A stretch of DNA of 64,000 nucleotides. Source: Carcharhinus longimanus (taxonomy: Eukaryota). The notes under the pieces are model-generated. The model was given only the letters and a program-made list of their open reading frames with translations, was not told the DNA's origin and searched no databases. The position numbers and the translations under genes were made by a program. The DNA is taken from NCBI GenBank assembly GCA_030264375.1, contig JASCQW010000098.1:76303551-76367550 (forward strand), read 5' to 3'. Positions 36,816 through 50,177 of the stretch are shown here, piece after piece; positions within the stretch are counted from its first letter, which is position 1; each line of letters begins with the position of its first letter.

Positions 36816-37377
36816 ATTCTAAGTTACGCTTACATGCCCTTAAAGAACACTTACATGATAAATTCAGTTGTATTTCTGTAATACCAATATATGTTTGGAC
36901 CCACACAGCCAACTTCTCAAGTGTGCACCCATTGCAGAGGAGCATATGTTACGGGTCACAATGCACAATTTGCCTGATCTTTCATGCATAACGAACAGAA
37001 AGCTATAGAGATCATACACAATCTTTCAGAATGTGGCCCCAAGGGAATGTCCAATTGAAGAATCTGCCCTCCAACTCTACTTATTTCATTTATTTACCTA
37101 GATGGTGTCCTGAACACCAGTGATCACAATATAACATTAAAACATAGAAGTTAAATTCCCACCCAAAGTCAATGGATCTTGGGCTGGTCTGTCAGATTTT
37201 CCATCGTGAGCGAAACTGGAAAATCCTGGCATTGTTATCCAGCTATGTTGCTCATCCGTAAGACTTCTGAGTCATCATATTTACATGCATGTGGTTATGG
37301 GGAGAGGGTCTGGGATTGTTTGAAGCACGATGCTTCTGTATTCGGGAAACTAAGTTGTTTTTATGTCATCTTTGCAG

Positions 37378-37475
37378 GCTGAGAAGAACGTGATATTAGA
37401 AGAGAAAGTTCAAGTGCTTCAACAACAGAATGAAGACCTGAAAGCCAGGATTGACAACAATGTTGCCTTAACAAG
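37378..37475 (+). CDS. MTUS2: MTUS2 penultimate coding exon
   Basis: tttgcag acceptor and AG|gtaaac donor. [32 protein letters not shown](R). 98 nt, phase 0 to 2. Confidence 0.94.
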
Positions 37476-37825
37476 GTAAACAGCCACATGGAACAAACAG
37501 CTTTACAGCTTCTCGACACCAAGCTAGATACAGAAACCCTTGAGAGAACTGGCAGAATGTTCATGAACATGACAGCCGATTTTACAAGAGCTGTGCTTGG
37601 AGACGAATGTATCATTAATGTGCAGGCTGTGATTTCCCACCTATTCTCAATGGGCAGAAAACCACAGGCTTTTTCTTGATAGTTTCCCTCAATGAGATTC
37701 CATAAGCAGTGGAAGCTGGTATGGGGTTCACTTGCAAAATTTCTTCCATTACTTTTCTTGGATGTAATGTTTTCCTGCCCTGAAAAGATGGTCTTCGTCA
37801 CCTCAGAGGCCAGTGCATTATTACT

Positions 37826-38152
37826 GGGGCAACACGGTAGCACGGTGATTAGCACTGCTGCCTCACAGTCCCAGTGACCCGGATTCGATTCCCAGCTTGG
37901 GTCATTCTCTGTGTGGAGTTTATACATTCAGTCTGTGCCTGCGTGGGTTTCCTGCGGGTGCTCTGGTTTCCTCCCACATTCCAAAGATGTGTGGGTTATG
38001 TGGATTGGCTGTGCTAAATTGCCCCTTAGAGTGTTGGGGAGGCTAGCTAGGGTAAATGCATGGGGTTATGGGGTTAGGGCCTGGGTGGGATTGTGATCGG
38101 TGCAGACTCGATGGGCTGAATGGCCTCCTTCTGCACTGTAGGATTCTGTGAT
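37826..38152 (+). mobile_element. HE1-type V-SINE
   Basis: Full-length copy. Confidence 0.9.
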
Positions 38153-38289
38153 TCACTGAGCCAAGGATAAGAGAAAGCGTTCTTTAATTTTGAATGGAAA
38201 CTTTTTCAGACATTCAGTTTCTTCAGGTTATTGATTTACTGTGTGAGGAGGGGCAGTTAACTGCACTTCAGCAATATATCCGATTATTT

Positions 38290-38545
38290 AGGTGCTGGGG
38301 AGTAGATACAGGGGAGATGTCGGGAGTAAGTTTTTCACTCAAAGGGTGGTGGGTGAGTGGAATCGGCTGCCGTCGGTGGTGGTGGAGGCAAATTCGATAG
38401 GGTCTTTCAAAAGACTTCTGGATGAGTACATGGAACTTAATAGAATTGAGGGTTCTGGGTAAGCCTAGTAGGTATGAATATCATTGGCACAACTTCTGGG
38501 CCAAAGGGCCTGTTTGTGCTATAGTTTTTCTATGTTCTGTGTTCT
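38290..38545 (+). mobile_element. CR1 LINE 3' end immediately upstream of the last MTUS2 exon
   Basis: ttttcactcaaagggtggtgggtgagtggaat...gggccaaagggcctgt...ttctatgttct. Confidence 0.8.
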
Positions 38546-38585
38546 ATTTAGGAAAAAAGTGTTTTCTTTTTACTTGTCCTTACAG

Positions 38586-38796
38586 ACAACTGTCTGAGGA
38601 AAATGCAACACTACATGAATATGTTGAAAAGGAAAGCAAGGAGAAGAAAAGGCTGAGCAGAACGAACGAGGAGCTCGTCTGGAGACTCCAGACCGGAGAA
38701 CCTGTTAGTCCAGTCAAAATAGCGCCAACCTCCTCCAACTTCCAGTCTTCTCAGGGCACACTGGTTCCATCGGCAGTGAGTGCAAACCCAAGATGA
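38586..38796 (+). CDS. MTUS2: MTUS2 terminal coding exon to TGA stop
   Basis: ccttacag acceptor. [49 protein letters not shown]...SANPR*. The [18 protein letters not shown] motif matches MTUS2 as recalled. Confidence 0.94.
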
Positions 38797-40175
38797 TGGA
38801 AAGGCACTAGAATGAAAACATGTGGGCCGTCTTGTTACTCATGAAGCTCAGCTCTAACTGCTGGATATTCTGCTTGGTTTTGCTCAAAGAAAAGCCACCA
38901 TTTATAAATGGTGCAGATTTACAAACGTCGCTTTGAGCATGCTTATTGGCATACAGCAATAAGCAAAGAGGATTTGCTTTTAAATCCCCCGTAGGCCTTG
39001 CTATTGAAGTCACTGACTAATGCAGTTTCTGTGCATTGTCTCTTATAAAGATGCACCTTGTACAGTTTGAAATCAGAAATCCCTTCTGCAACTGTATCAA
39101 GGCTTACCATGTCCTATTATTGACCAGGTATGCAAAAACTGAGGAGGGAGGATTCCCTTGATTATATGGGCTTTTAAAATATTTGAACCGTGCCCAAATG
39201 TATCTTTTTGGGTTCACTCTGGTAGCAGTTTGAAGACAATACTTTTAAGTGAGAGTTCAGGATTTTGCTTTTTTGCCATTAGTATTGGACGAAAGTGCAA
39301 AATTATATATTTTTACACATTTGTTGAAGTATCTTAGCCTGGTGCCTCTTTCAAAATACACCCTGAACAGAGTGTGGCAATCACTCCCTCAAGTAAATCT
39401 CCCCATCGCAAAATCTCAGTATAGAGTGGGGGAGGTTGGTGGAGAAATGCAGTCTCGTATCACCAGGTGGTGCTACAGATCACTGAAGTGCAGAGCAAGC
39501 AGCTTGAGATGGAACAGTGCCACTTGCCCTTTACACAACAGCAGCTTTTAATCTACACTCCAAAGCTGCCTTTTCTTTTACAATGTGTTTGTAGTTTATT
39601 AGCTCATGAAAGAAAATGTTATTCTGTAGCAGCAGGTCAGTGTTAGGTAACCCAAGATCTATCTCTGCTGTCGGTATTTTCCCACCCCTGTCAACCAACG
39701 GTTAAGGAATGAATGTTCTGCTGGTCGCACAGTTCCGAGTCGCACCACACGCAGTGAATGTAAATACGTACGAACTGAACAGATATTGAAAGAAAGACTC
39801 GTAGTAGCTTTTTCAGTAGTCACACACAGGCACCTTGCCTACCGAACTTAACTATTAAATGCTGGAAACTTAAAACTGCCAAGAGACAAAGGCTCTTTCT
39901 CGAAGCATCACCACTGTCAGAATTTCAGAGCCAGTGCCACACATTCAAATTTGCTGAGCTTTAATGGTTCAGGCTGTGCTGCATGTACAAATCTGGATAC
40001 CTGTGTGAACTGAAAAGTTCCATCTTTTGGTTATCTTTTAACAAAATTTCAAAACATTTCTAACTGTCCAGAAAGCTTCAAAAACATTCAGGCAAGTGAA
40101 TTTGTTTACAGCTGTTAGCAGTTGCAGCTAGGGATGTGGAAATGGTAGCAATAAATCGGAATAGCAGCCACAGGG
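38797..40175 (+). other. MTUS2: Probable MTUS2 3' UTR with candidate poly(A) signal AATAAA at 40150-40155
   Basis: Repeat-free stretch after the stop codon. AATAAA at 40150 (ATTAAA at 39854), and repeats resume at about 40.4 kb. The true 3' end is uncertain. Confidence 0.5.
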
Positions 40176-43100
40176 GCCGGAATTCAATCATTATTTAGGT
40201 TGTGTACAAAATCTTCAAAAGCAGCATATAATCAGATTGCCAGAGGAGATTAGAGTGAGGGAATACACTTCATTTACCCAAAAGTTACATTTTACAAAAT
40301 TGATGAAAATTATGAAATGATGTATATATTCATTACCTCCTTGACATGAGTTTGGGAAATATCTGTCCAGTTCTACAAGTCAGGAAACTACAGGCCAAAA
40401 GCTGACATAATTTGGCAGAGAATCCCTACACTGCAGAAGGAGACTATTTGGCTCATTGAGTCTGCACCAACCCTCCAATAGAGCATCATAACCAGACCAT
40501 TCCCACCGCCCCCCCCCCCGAACCTTCTCCTGTCAACCTATGCCTCTCTCACTCCACAAGCGGAAAATTCCACCCAAGGCCAATAGACCTTTGCATGGTC
40601 CACTCCTCACCTGCATGTATTTGGACTGGTGAAGGTGAAGGAAAAAAAGAAAGAAATGCTTTCAGAAAACATTTCTTCACACATTTCAGAGGAGTGAAAA
40701 AGGACCCTGGTTTCTCTTGTCGAATGTTTGGATTTAAGAATTAACTGAAAGATATTGGATTGGACATTAATTTACTAAAGGTCACCAGACCTTTGCATGG
40801 TCACTCCCCGTCTGCTACGATTCCCGTGGCAGGCGGGACTATCCTGTTCATTTTCTCCCTGTCCCTCCCATTTCCCCGATCTTGGGCTAGTAAAATCCAG
40901 TCCTTATTTTGTGGCACTTTGGAACCCTGCATGCAGGATGTGTGTTGGGAGTAGCAGGCTGTGAAATGCAGCTATCACGTTCAGAAGGAGGGCCAGAGAT
41001 ATTTGAACCTGAAAAACAGCAATCCACCCAAGTTATACCATTGGATACCATTCATATCTCATTAGGCATTGGACCTTATCAGCCAAGGATCTGTTCATAG
41101 CAAATCATTGTTACCCTTTTGCTAACCCTTTTCTGGGCTGCTTCAATTGATGGGAAAAGGTACCTGAGTGCATGGAGACAATCTTGAGCCTGCGCTCGCC
41201 ATCCTTGAGAATACCAATGGGGCTCAAGATCCAGAAGTCTCTCTCGCAAGAACGTGATTTAGATCTTCCCCACCCCTTGCCAGCAACCTCATTAGGTTTA
41301 TGCCCATAATGGGCGTGAACCTGCTTTGCATTGATTTGAATGTATTTAAATATTATTAACCTGCTCCTGCACCAGTCATTGGGTCCCCTTTGAATATTGA
41401 CACCGTGCCGATGTGATGTCACACTGTTGCAGCTTACAACAGATTCACACAGATGTGAACCTGTCATGGAGGTCTCATCAGGGCACAGGGGTAAGTATAG
41501 CCCGTGGGGGGAGGCGCTGAGCAAGCAATGCTCCCTGGCATTACCCCTTTGCAAGATTGACACTAAGGGGCAGCATACGTTGGGAGCCTTATGGGAGAGC
41601 GTGGAATTAATTTAGATATGAGGTGTCGACCAGACTTGGATGGTGTGCAGTCTCAGACTGTGGGGTCAGGGTAATGGGGCCATTGATCGGGTGGGGTGGG
41701 GTGGGGAGTAGGCAGAAGGGTCCAATCATCAGTAAGGAGAAGGGGCCAATCAAATTGGGAATGGGGAGGGGTGCCCCTGAGACCTCCCTGGTTGGAGAAG
41801 GGGGAATGGTTTCAGGTTATGATCAGGGCACCCTTTACAGATGGCACCCCGATCTCTGTGCAGCTGTGTTTTTGCAGCATGTTTAGGCCCTGCTTCCCAC
41901 ATGACAGCGTGAAACAAACCCCCTTGATTTTTTTGGCAGAATGTCATAAGATCTGGAGAGAAACATGGCGGTTTTCTCACCTGAAACAACAAGCTGCCAT
42001 TTTTTGGTAAGATTTAATCTTATGTTTCTGAGATTGGCTATTTAAGACACACTGTTGGGGAATAAAAAGAACAACTTGCATTTTTGTAGAGCGTTGAATG
42101 TAGAAACATTTCTTAAAGCACTTCACAGGGGCATAATCCTTTAGAGGGAGTTTTACTGTGCTTACGTCCCCTGCAGTGTGCGATCTACCCAGCAGTATAA
42201 ATCAGTATTAAAGAGGGGCTGACATTTACTGCATTTGCAAGTTTTGTGCCATCTGCAACTTTTAAAATTGTGGCCATCATGGTCATCAAATTATATCAAA
42301 AAGAGCAGAGCTTTTGACTCCTACCTAGTCTATTGCTATTGCTATTGCTTTCCTCCAATCTAAAAAAACAATCACTCACCACCACTCTCTGCTTTCTGTC
42401 TCTTAGTTAATTGTTTATGCATGCTGCTATTTTGATATTATGGGCTTCACTTTTGTAAATATCTATTATGTTGCACTTTACAATCTCCATACATAACATC
42501 ACTATATTACCTTCATCAACCCTCTTCATCATTTCACCAAAGAACTCAGTCAAACCTATTGGGTATTACTTGACCCATGTTGACTGCAAGGTTTTTCCCT
42601 CTGAAAGTTAATTTTGTTGTAGATAATGACCTAAAGAAATCCCCCACTCCCATGAACATTAGGCTATTGAGCTTTTTAGTTATCAGGTTTAAATCTCCCT
42701 CACACTCTTTTTGAATAGGGTGCCAGGTTTACTACCATTGTATGTATTTTGTCTTATGCAGGGCCAGCACTGATGTTTTTCACAACTAAATTGAGTTAGT
42801 TTGATTTTGATCATCATGTTTAGGATTGAGCTGCCAACCGTACTTTATTGTAATTTCTTTTAAAGTCTTGGGTCTCAGAACGAAGAACAGGCATTTGTTT
42901 TTGCTTTCAAATCGAATTAAGCAATTCATGTTGGTGAATTTTTTTAACCTCTAGATCATAATTCTGAGTAGCAACACGCACTTACGCAGCATGGTAGACA
43001 GCCATTGGACCTGTTGAGCTGGTGCTAGCTCTTTCAACAACCAGCCATTTTTAGTTCTCTGCCTAATCCTGCTAGTTTCTCATTCTCAATTACTCGTCCA

Positions 43101-43419
43101 ACTTATCTTTAAAATTATTTATGGAATCAGCTTCTACCATGTCCAGTAAAATGTTCCAGATACGTTCAACCCTGCAAATGGAAAAAACTTATCTCCCCAA
43201 TGGTTTTGAATTTGCAGCCTCTGGTCATTGACTCACTTGCTCAGGGGTCTCCTATTCTATCTATCAAACTGCTCATCATCTTGAAAGCCCTGATTAGGTT
43301 ACCTTTTAATCTCGTCTACTCTAAGGAAAACAGTTCTAACTTTTCCAACCTCTGGTCCCTTTTCTAATGCCTTTGATCTTCTAGAGTTCCCTAGTTTTTA
43401 GAATGGTCTCTGCCAATTA

Positions 43420-45070
43420 GAAGGTACCACATAAGATGGCCAATGGAATTGGAGGTAATAGTTTGACATAGGCTGAGGATTGAGGATAGACAGAGAACAG
43501 AGTAGGAACAGAAGTGTCATTTTCTGATTGTTAGATTGTAACTGATAGTTGCCAAAGGATCAATGTTTAGCCTCAGCTATTTACAACTGTATCGATGACT
43601 TAGATGAGGGAACCAAGGGTATTGATTCCAAGTTTGTTAACAGCAAAAGGCAAGGTGGGAAAATCAGCCGTGAGGAAGACAGAGAGAGGTTCCAGGAGGA
43701 TACAGACAGCTTATACTGGCTAGAAAAAAAAGGATGTATTATAATGTGGAGAAAGTCATCCACTTTGGTAGGAAAAACAGACAGCCAGAATAATTTTAAA
43801 ATTATGAGAGACTGGGAAGTGTTAGCATTTAAGAGGCCCTTGTTAGTCACAGAAAGTTGGCATGCAGGTACAGTAAACAATTAGAAAAGCAAATGGTTTG
43901 TTAGCCATTATTGCAAAGAGTTTAAAGTATGAAAAAGAAGACGTTGTACTGCAGTTATATAGAACCTTGGTGAGACCATGCTTGGGGCAGAGTTTTTAAG
44001 ATGATGGGATTTTCCACCTCTTTGCCCTGAAGAGTCAACAGGGATGGGATTCCTGCTGATTGCAATAGCCCCACAGCCATTTAATGCTCTAAGGAGTGTT
44101 CATTGGCCGGAGGCTGGATTCTTGCCCCTCACTCCATCTCAGAGAGGTGCCTGCTAATCAGATTGGCCAACAGCCCTGTCGCCTCAGAAGCATCAATGGC
44201 AGTGGTAGACAGTACTTAGAATCTGGGCATTGATAGCGGTCTATGTCCCGTAGTTTAGGGCCAGTTAAACTTAGCTGTACAGTGAGAGGCAGGGTGGGTG
44301 GGGAGGAAGGGGAACGTCACATTGCACCAAGGGGAGGTGAGCCTCAGGGATATGAAAGAGGGAAAGAAGTGTTGGAGTCTTGACGGAGGGGCCAGAGGGG
44401 CAGAGAGCACCTGAGGAGCTCCAACCTTGGGGTGATGCCTGATATGGAAATAGGGTCCTTGAGTTCCAAGCGGGGTGACCTTCTTGGTTTCTCTTGGCCC
44501 CTGAATTCCTCCCACCAGCCTCAATATTGACAAGAAGTCCTTCAGTGACCAATAATTTGTCTCTTGCCCACCCTTGGTCTTGCCTGCCCTACACCTGCGG
44601 GCAGATTATTGCCCTTGGAGTACAGTGTGTGGTTTTGGTCTCCTTATTAAGGAAGTTCCACTTACCTCCACAACAGTGGTCCATCTGTCTGGTTCCCGAG
44701 GAGAGATTGAATAGAATGGACCTATATTCTGTAGAGTTTAAGAAATAAGAAATAATCGCATTGAAACATAAAATTTTTAAGGGCCTTGACGGGGTAGACG
44801 CTGGGATGTTTCCCCTGATTAGGATGTCTAAAATAGAACTCAGTTTAGAATAAAGGATGAACCATTTAGGAAGTTATAAAACATTGGAATTCTGTACCTT
44901 GGAAAGTTACAAATATCCAACCATTAAATAGGTCTAAGACAGAGAAGATAGATTTTTGGATATTAAGTCAATTGAGAGATATGAGGTAGTTGAGGTGGAA
45001 GCCAAGTCATGATCTTTTTAATCGGCCAAGCAGTCTTGAAGAGTCAAATGGTCTACTGCACATAGTTCTT
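43420..45070 (+). mobile_element. Old CR1 LINE RT/3' fragment split by a MITE
   Basis: IDDLDEGTKGIDSKF...; LQLYRTLVRP resumes after the MITE; CR1 3' UTR. Confidence 0.8.
43985..44614. mobile_element. 630-bp Harbinger-type MITE
   Basis: GGGCA...TGCCC ends with exact 3-bp TSD TTG. The flanking CR1 rejoins when the MITE is removed. Confidence 0.75.
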
Positions 45071-45164
45071 ATTGCTGTGGGTGATCTACGTATCATTTGG
45101 GCTTTCTAGCAAGCAAAAGGAGTTTAAAGATACTTCCTGAAAATGTTATTTTTATCTTCTTACA

Positions 45165-45560
45165 TTTTTGAAATGTTCCCCTTCCCCTTCTGAAGAGATT
45201 GACTGTTGTTGGGGTTGTGCTCTTTGGGTGCTAGTAGTCCTCTCATACCTCAACGAAATAGGTATCCCAGAACATTAGTGATGACTGTGTGAAAGCTATT
45301 GTTTCATGGGAGGACATCACAACCGAGCCAAATCCTATCATCACCTGACGACTGTGCACACCCAGCTAGGCTGACTGAATGGTGATCAGGAGCATGAATC
45401 CTGACTAATTTTGTTTGTGCTCCCCTCGCTAACCCAGAGTCACTAAGGCCAATTGGAGGGCCACAGCAACAGAGATGCTGATAGAAGCTTAGGAGTGTTC
45501 TAACTGTGTATAAGGCTGAAACACAATGGACAAATAGAAATCCACTAAGTCATCAGGGAA
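45165..45560 (-). mobile_element. Ancient SINE remnant (AmnSINE2-like)
   Basis: On -: caattggccttagtgactctgggttag...tgctcctgatcacca...aggatttggctcggttgtgatg, resembling the recalled consensus. Confidence 0.5.
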
Positions 45561-46573
45561 CCATAAAAGTGATTTTTGTTTCAAATTGTTTCTGTTCTGT
45601 GACAGGTTCAATGTGTGCAGCAACATGGAAGAAGCAGTGTTTCATACACGTCTTAACCTCTGTAGGTCAGAAACGGAGTCATCATTTATATGCAAATTAC
45701 ACTGGTGTTTTGGGGCGATTGCAGGACTGATTCCTTTGTAGTTAACTCGAGTGTTGATCTGACAAGTATTTGAGCAAATTTGTATAAAGTAACAGAAACA
45801 TCAGGTATTTAAAGTCTACACTAATTGGATGTGTCCTGTGGACACGCAAAAAGATTATTGAGTTTGGAGTTTGTTTGATACGTAGAATAATACAAGTGTC
45901 ATTTAGTTACAGTGTTTGATGAGCTGTGAAGAATTTGTATTTATTTCTGCTGGTTGCGTTGGATTCTGTGAGAATTGAGTGTAATACTGCACTGCATTCT
46001 GTAAGTATAGCCATGCTTCTGCACAATTAAAGATGGAAGCATGCAAACCCCATTCTTGAAGTGTTTTTGTCTTGTTTATATTTTGAAACTTAATTGATGG
46101 GCAAAAACGGTGCAGTTGATACCTTCTCATGAAAGATAAGTCAAAGACTTTTGCAGCTCACCTTTCTAGTCTGTTTCTTTAAAGCAAATCTGGGGATTAA
46201 GCATATCAGTTAAAAAAAAACTGACTTCGTAACAGTGATACTGATCTTGTGATCATATTGGGGACTAGGGAGTTATTAAGCCCAGTGGGAATAAGATTAG
46301 CTCGCATCAGAAAAGATGCAGGAAATCTTGTGTGTGACCAGCCTGTGCCAATCAGAGAATCAAAGTTGCAGGCTGGTTACTCAGCAACAAGGGATGCCCG
46401 CTCTGGATCTGGTTCATGATTCCTGTCAGGAAGCATTGAACAGTCACAGAACATGCCTAGAATGAGTGCCACAGAAATATCAGCAACACTTCCGCTGCCT
46501 GGACCATTCAAGAAAAACAGTACTCTGCACCAAAATTGTGTTTCCATTGACCTGTCTTTCCCATTTAGTTAGT

Positions 46574-46862
46574 TGGCGGCACAGCAGTTAACATTGCTGC
46601 CTCACAGCTTCAGAGACCTGGGTTCAATTCCCGCTTGGCTCACTGTCTGTGTGGAGTTTGCACATTCTCCCCCATCGGTGTGGATTTCTGATGGGTGCCC
46701 CTGTTTCCTCCCACAATCCGCAAGTCATGCTGGTTAGGTGCATTGGCCATACTAAATTCTCCCTCTGTATCCGAACAGGCGCCGGAGTATGGCGAACAAG
46801 GGATTTTCAAAATATCTTAATTGCAGTGTTAATGTAAGCCTACTTGTGACTAATAAATAAAC
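46574..46862 (+). mobile_element. V-SINE, type 2 tail
   Basis: Same family as 3495-3786. Confidence 0.85.
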
Positions 46863-47688
46863 TTTACTTTCAGTCAGGAATTCAAAAGATACACAATCCG
46901 CTAAAGAAATTTCTCCTCATCTCAGTCCTCATCTTCCTGAGCTTGAGCCATAATGCATGGCAGGTGGGTACTTGGGCAGTGAGTGGAATTTCTGCCCCTT
47001 ACTGGGGAGGAAATCCTGCCCTCAGGAGCTGCCAGCCAATCTGATTGGCTGATAGCTTCAGCAGTCCTGATTGATAGCGCCAAGTGTGCATGGCACTATC
47101 AGGACTGCTGAAGCTATCAGCTAGTGGGCACTGCCAGGACTGCAATCATTCCTAAGAAGATGGCATGAAGGATCCTGGAAACGGAATTCCAGAGTCTCGG
47201 GTGGGGAAGGTTTTAGCAGCTTTGGAAGAAGGTAGGATCCTTCTTCCTACCTTTGGGGGCAGTTGATTTTACAAAGCAGGCAGCTTGAAAGAATTGGAGG
47301 GTTTGGACGTTGGGTTATGCACTATCTTAGGAGTGGCTGCACACGAATGTGCAAAGGGCAACCCTTTCCTTCTCACCCTATTAAAACATTTTATAAAAAT
47401 GTCCTGGACATTACATGCCAACCATATGACAGCATAGGCAGCATTTAATTGACCCCTGATTATTAATTTAGATATGGCAGGTGGGTTGCCAATTTTGGCA
47501 CCAGCCCGCCTGCCATTTTATGGGGGTAAGTTTGGAGGTGGGCAGCAACTCTATTTAATGTGCCCCCTCCCCATACTGGAAACATGCCTGACGAGGGCAA
47601 GTAAAATCCAGCCCAATGTTTAAAATCTGCCCTCATTATTTAACCTTTTAAATATTACCATAATTCTGGTGAATTTGTCTATACCCTT

Positions 47689-49679
47689 TGTTATGGAAGG
47701 CAGACTTACCTTGTTGTAGGGGTGGGGGTGGGTGCCCTGCAGTTTCCATGTGAACTGGGCATGGGCTGCACCTGTGCAATTCAGCATAGAGGCTTAAAGG
47801 TTTACATCATGGAAACAGGCCCTTTGACACAACTTGTCCATTCTATCCTTTTTTCAAAAGCCCCTAAGCTAATCCCAATTGCCTGCATTTGGCCCATATC
47901 CCTCTATACCCATCGTACCCATGCAACTATCTAAATGCTTTTTAAAAGATAAAATTGTACCTGCCTCTATTACTACCTCTGGCAGTGTTCCAGACACCAC
48001 TCTCTGCGTGAAAAATTTGCCCCTCTAGACACTTTTGTACCTCTCCTCTCTCACCTTAAACCTATGCCCTCTAGNNNNNNNNNNNNNNNNNNNNNNNNNN
48101 NNNNNNNNNNNNNNNNNNNNNNNNNNNNNNNNNNNNNNNNNNNNNNNNNNNNNNNNNNNNNNNNNNNNNNNNNNNNNNNNNNNNNNNNNNNNNNNNNNNN
48201 NNNNNNNNNNNNNNNNNNNNNNNNNNNNNNNNNNNNNNNNNNNNNNNNNNNNNNNNNNNNNNNNNNNNNNNNNNNNNNNNNNNNNNNNNNNNNNNNNNNN
48301 NNNNNNNNNNNNNNNNNNNNNNNNNNNNNNNNNNNNNNNNNNNNNNNNNNNNNNNNNNNNNNNNNNNNNNNNNNNNNNNNNNNNNNNNNNNNNNNNNNNN
48401 NNNNNNNNNNNNNNNNNNNNNNNNNNNNNNNNNNNNNNNNNNNNNNNNNNNNNNNNNNNNNNNNNNNNNNNNNNNNNNNNNNNNNNNNNNNNNNNNNNNN
48501 NNNNNNNNNNNNNNNNNNNNNNNNNNNNNNNNNNNNNNNNNNNNNNNNNNNNNNNNNNNNNNNNNNNNNNNNNNNNNNNNNNNNNNNNNNNNNNNNNNNN
48601 NNNNNNNNNNNNNNNNNNNNNNNNNNNNNNNNNNNGCCTCTCCTTATAACTCAATCCATTAAGTCCCAGTAGCATCCTAGTAAATCTTTTCTGCACTCTT
48701 TCTAGTTTAATAATATCCTTTCTACAATAGGGTTACCAGAATTGCACACAGTATTCCAAGTGTGGCCTTTCCAACTTCAACAAGACATCCCAACTCCTGT
48801 ATTCAATGTTCTGACCGATGAAACCAAGCATGCCGAATGCCTTTTCACCACTTTATCAGGCCAAGGATTGACCCAGTGTCTCTGTACAAAAACAGTGTGA
48901 AAAAACCAAGTCATGGAACCCAGATATGGAGAAGAGTTCCCTGAAGCAGACAGGGAGGGACCCCAAAAGAAGTGTCCCAGAGAGGGCACAGAGAATGTCC
49001 CAGTTGAGTTAAGAGAGAGCAACAGAGAAAGAGGCCCCCAGAGGAGGAAGAATTGAAGACAGCAGGAGGTTGGTAACAGCATGCTGCAGGCCACTGGGAA
49101 GAAAGGTAACACTTTAGGCCAATAGTATTCTGCTTGGCCTTGCCAAAGAGCTGAAGTTTTGCATGTGAGTTGGTGCTTGAGCATATGCTCAGGAATCCAG
49201 AAGAATGGAGACTCTGGAGACAAATTAAAACCCATCTGGGTTGGAGCAACGTTTGGAGACAATTCCAAGGTGAGATCTTCGTAGGTGACTGGCATTTCGC
49301 ATCAGAAGGACAGATTAAAAAGATTAGTTGCCGCATAGCCTTATTGATGTTTGGATGGATTGTTGGGAAATCCATAGAATCTACCTTTGTTGCATCTGTC
49401 ATTTATCATGCCATGTGTGTTTGCCCACAGTTTGCTTGTTAATTCACCTGCAACTCATAATTACTTTGAATGTTGGAGTATAAAATATTGTAAATTGTTT
49501 TACCTTTCTGACCTTGTATTGTAAAATTTATTTTTGTTGGTTGAAAACCTGCAGAATCTTGAGACTTTATTCTCTTAGTAAGCATCTTAAATATCAAACC
49601 CAGTGTAATTAAACAGTGAATTACTGGTCCCTAACTGAAATGTATCAAAAACCTGGGCATCTGGTCTAGGATCAGGACC
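47689..49679 (+). mobile_element. Probable solo LTR containing a younger CR1 fragment
   Basis: Starts TGTTATG and ends tctggtctaggatcaggac. Interrupts an older CR1. Confidence 0.45.
47800..48855 (-). mobile_element. Young CR1/HER1 3' fragment spanning an N gap
   Basis: QKRFTRMLLGLNGLSYKER...RGHRFKVREERYK. Confidence 0.85.
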
Positions 49680-50066
49680 TCCTCCAATGGCAGCATATCT
49701 TTCCCATCAGTGCCCCAAAACCATCTATTATATGGACCTGACTGAGGCTCTGTATAACAGAAGAATCAGTTCCTTTGGTTTGCAATCCAATTCCTATCAA
49801 GATAAAGGTTAACATTTCATTAGGCTTTAACTATCTTTTAAACCTGTGTATTAGCTGTTGAGTGATTTGTGTACTTTGATACCTAAACCCCCTTGGCTCC
49901 TCCTCTGTACATTATCTCACCTCATTAAGAATTTAGTCTAATTTGTTTTTCTCAGATCCGAAGTGGATGACCTCACTTGCACCATTGTGCATCCATTGTC
50001 GCAGTTCTGACTTCCATACCTTTGCATCAAACTAAGGAATAGTTTTTCTGCATTTGTCTGATCAAT

Positions 50067-50177
50067 GGCAGGATTCTCCATTCTTGTTCGGAGTGGCCCC
50101 ACTGCCGGTGAGAATGGAGAATTTGACATTCCAACCAAACCTCCATTCCCATTCAGCAGCATTGGAGAATCCCAGCC
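50067..50177. mobile_element. Small Harbinger-type MITE
   Basis: GGCAGGATTCTCCA/TGGAGAATCCCAGCC termini. Confidence 0.6.

Noticed and set aside
37361-37927. 188-aa minus-strand ORF
   Set aside because: Chimera of a SINE and the antisense of an MTUS2 exon and intron.
48025-48696. Long ORFs of about 200 aa
   Set aside because: They consist mostly of N-gap residues flanked by CR1.
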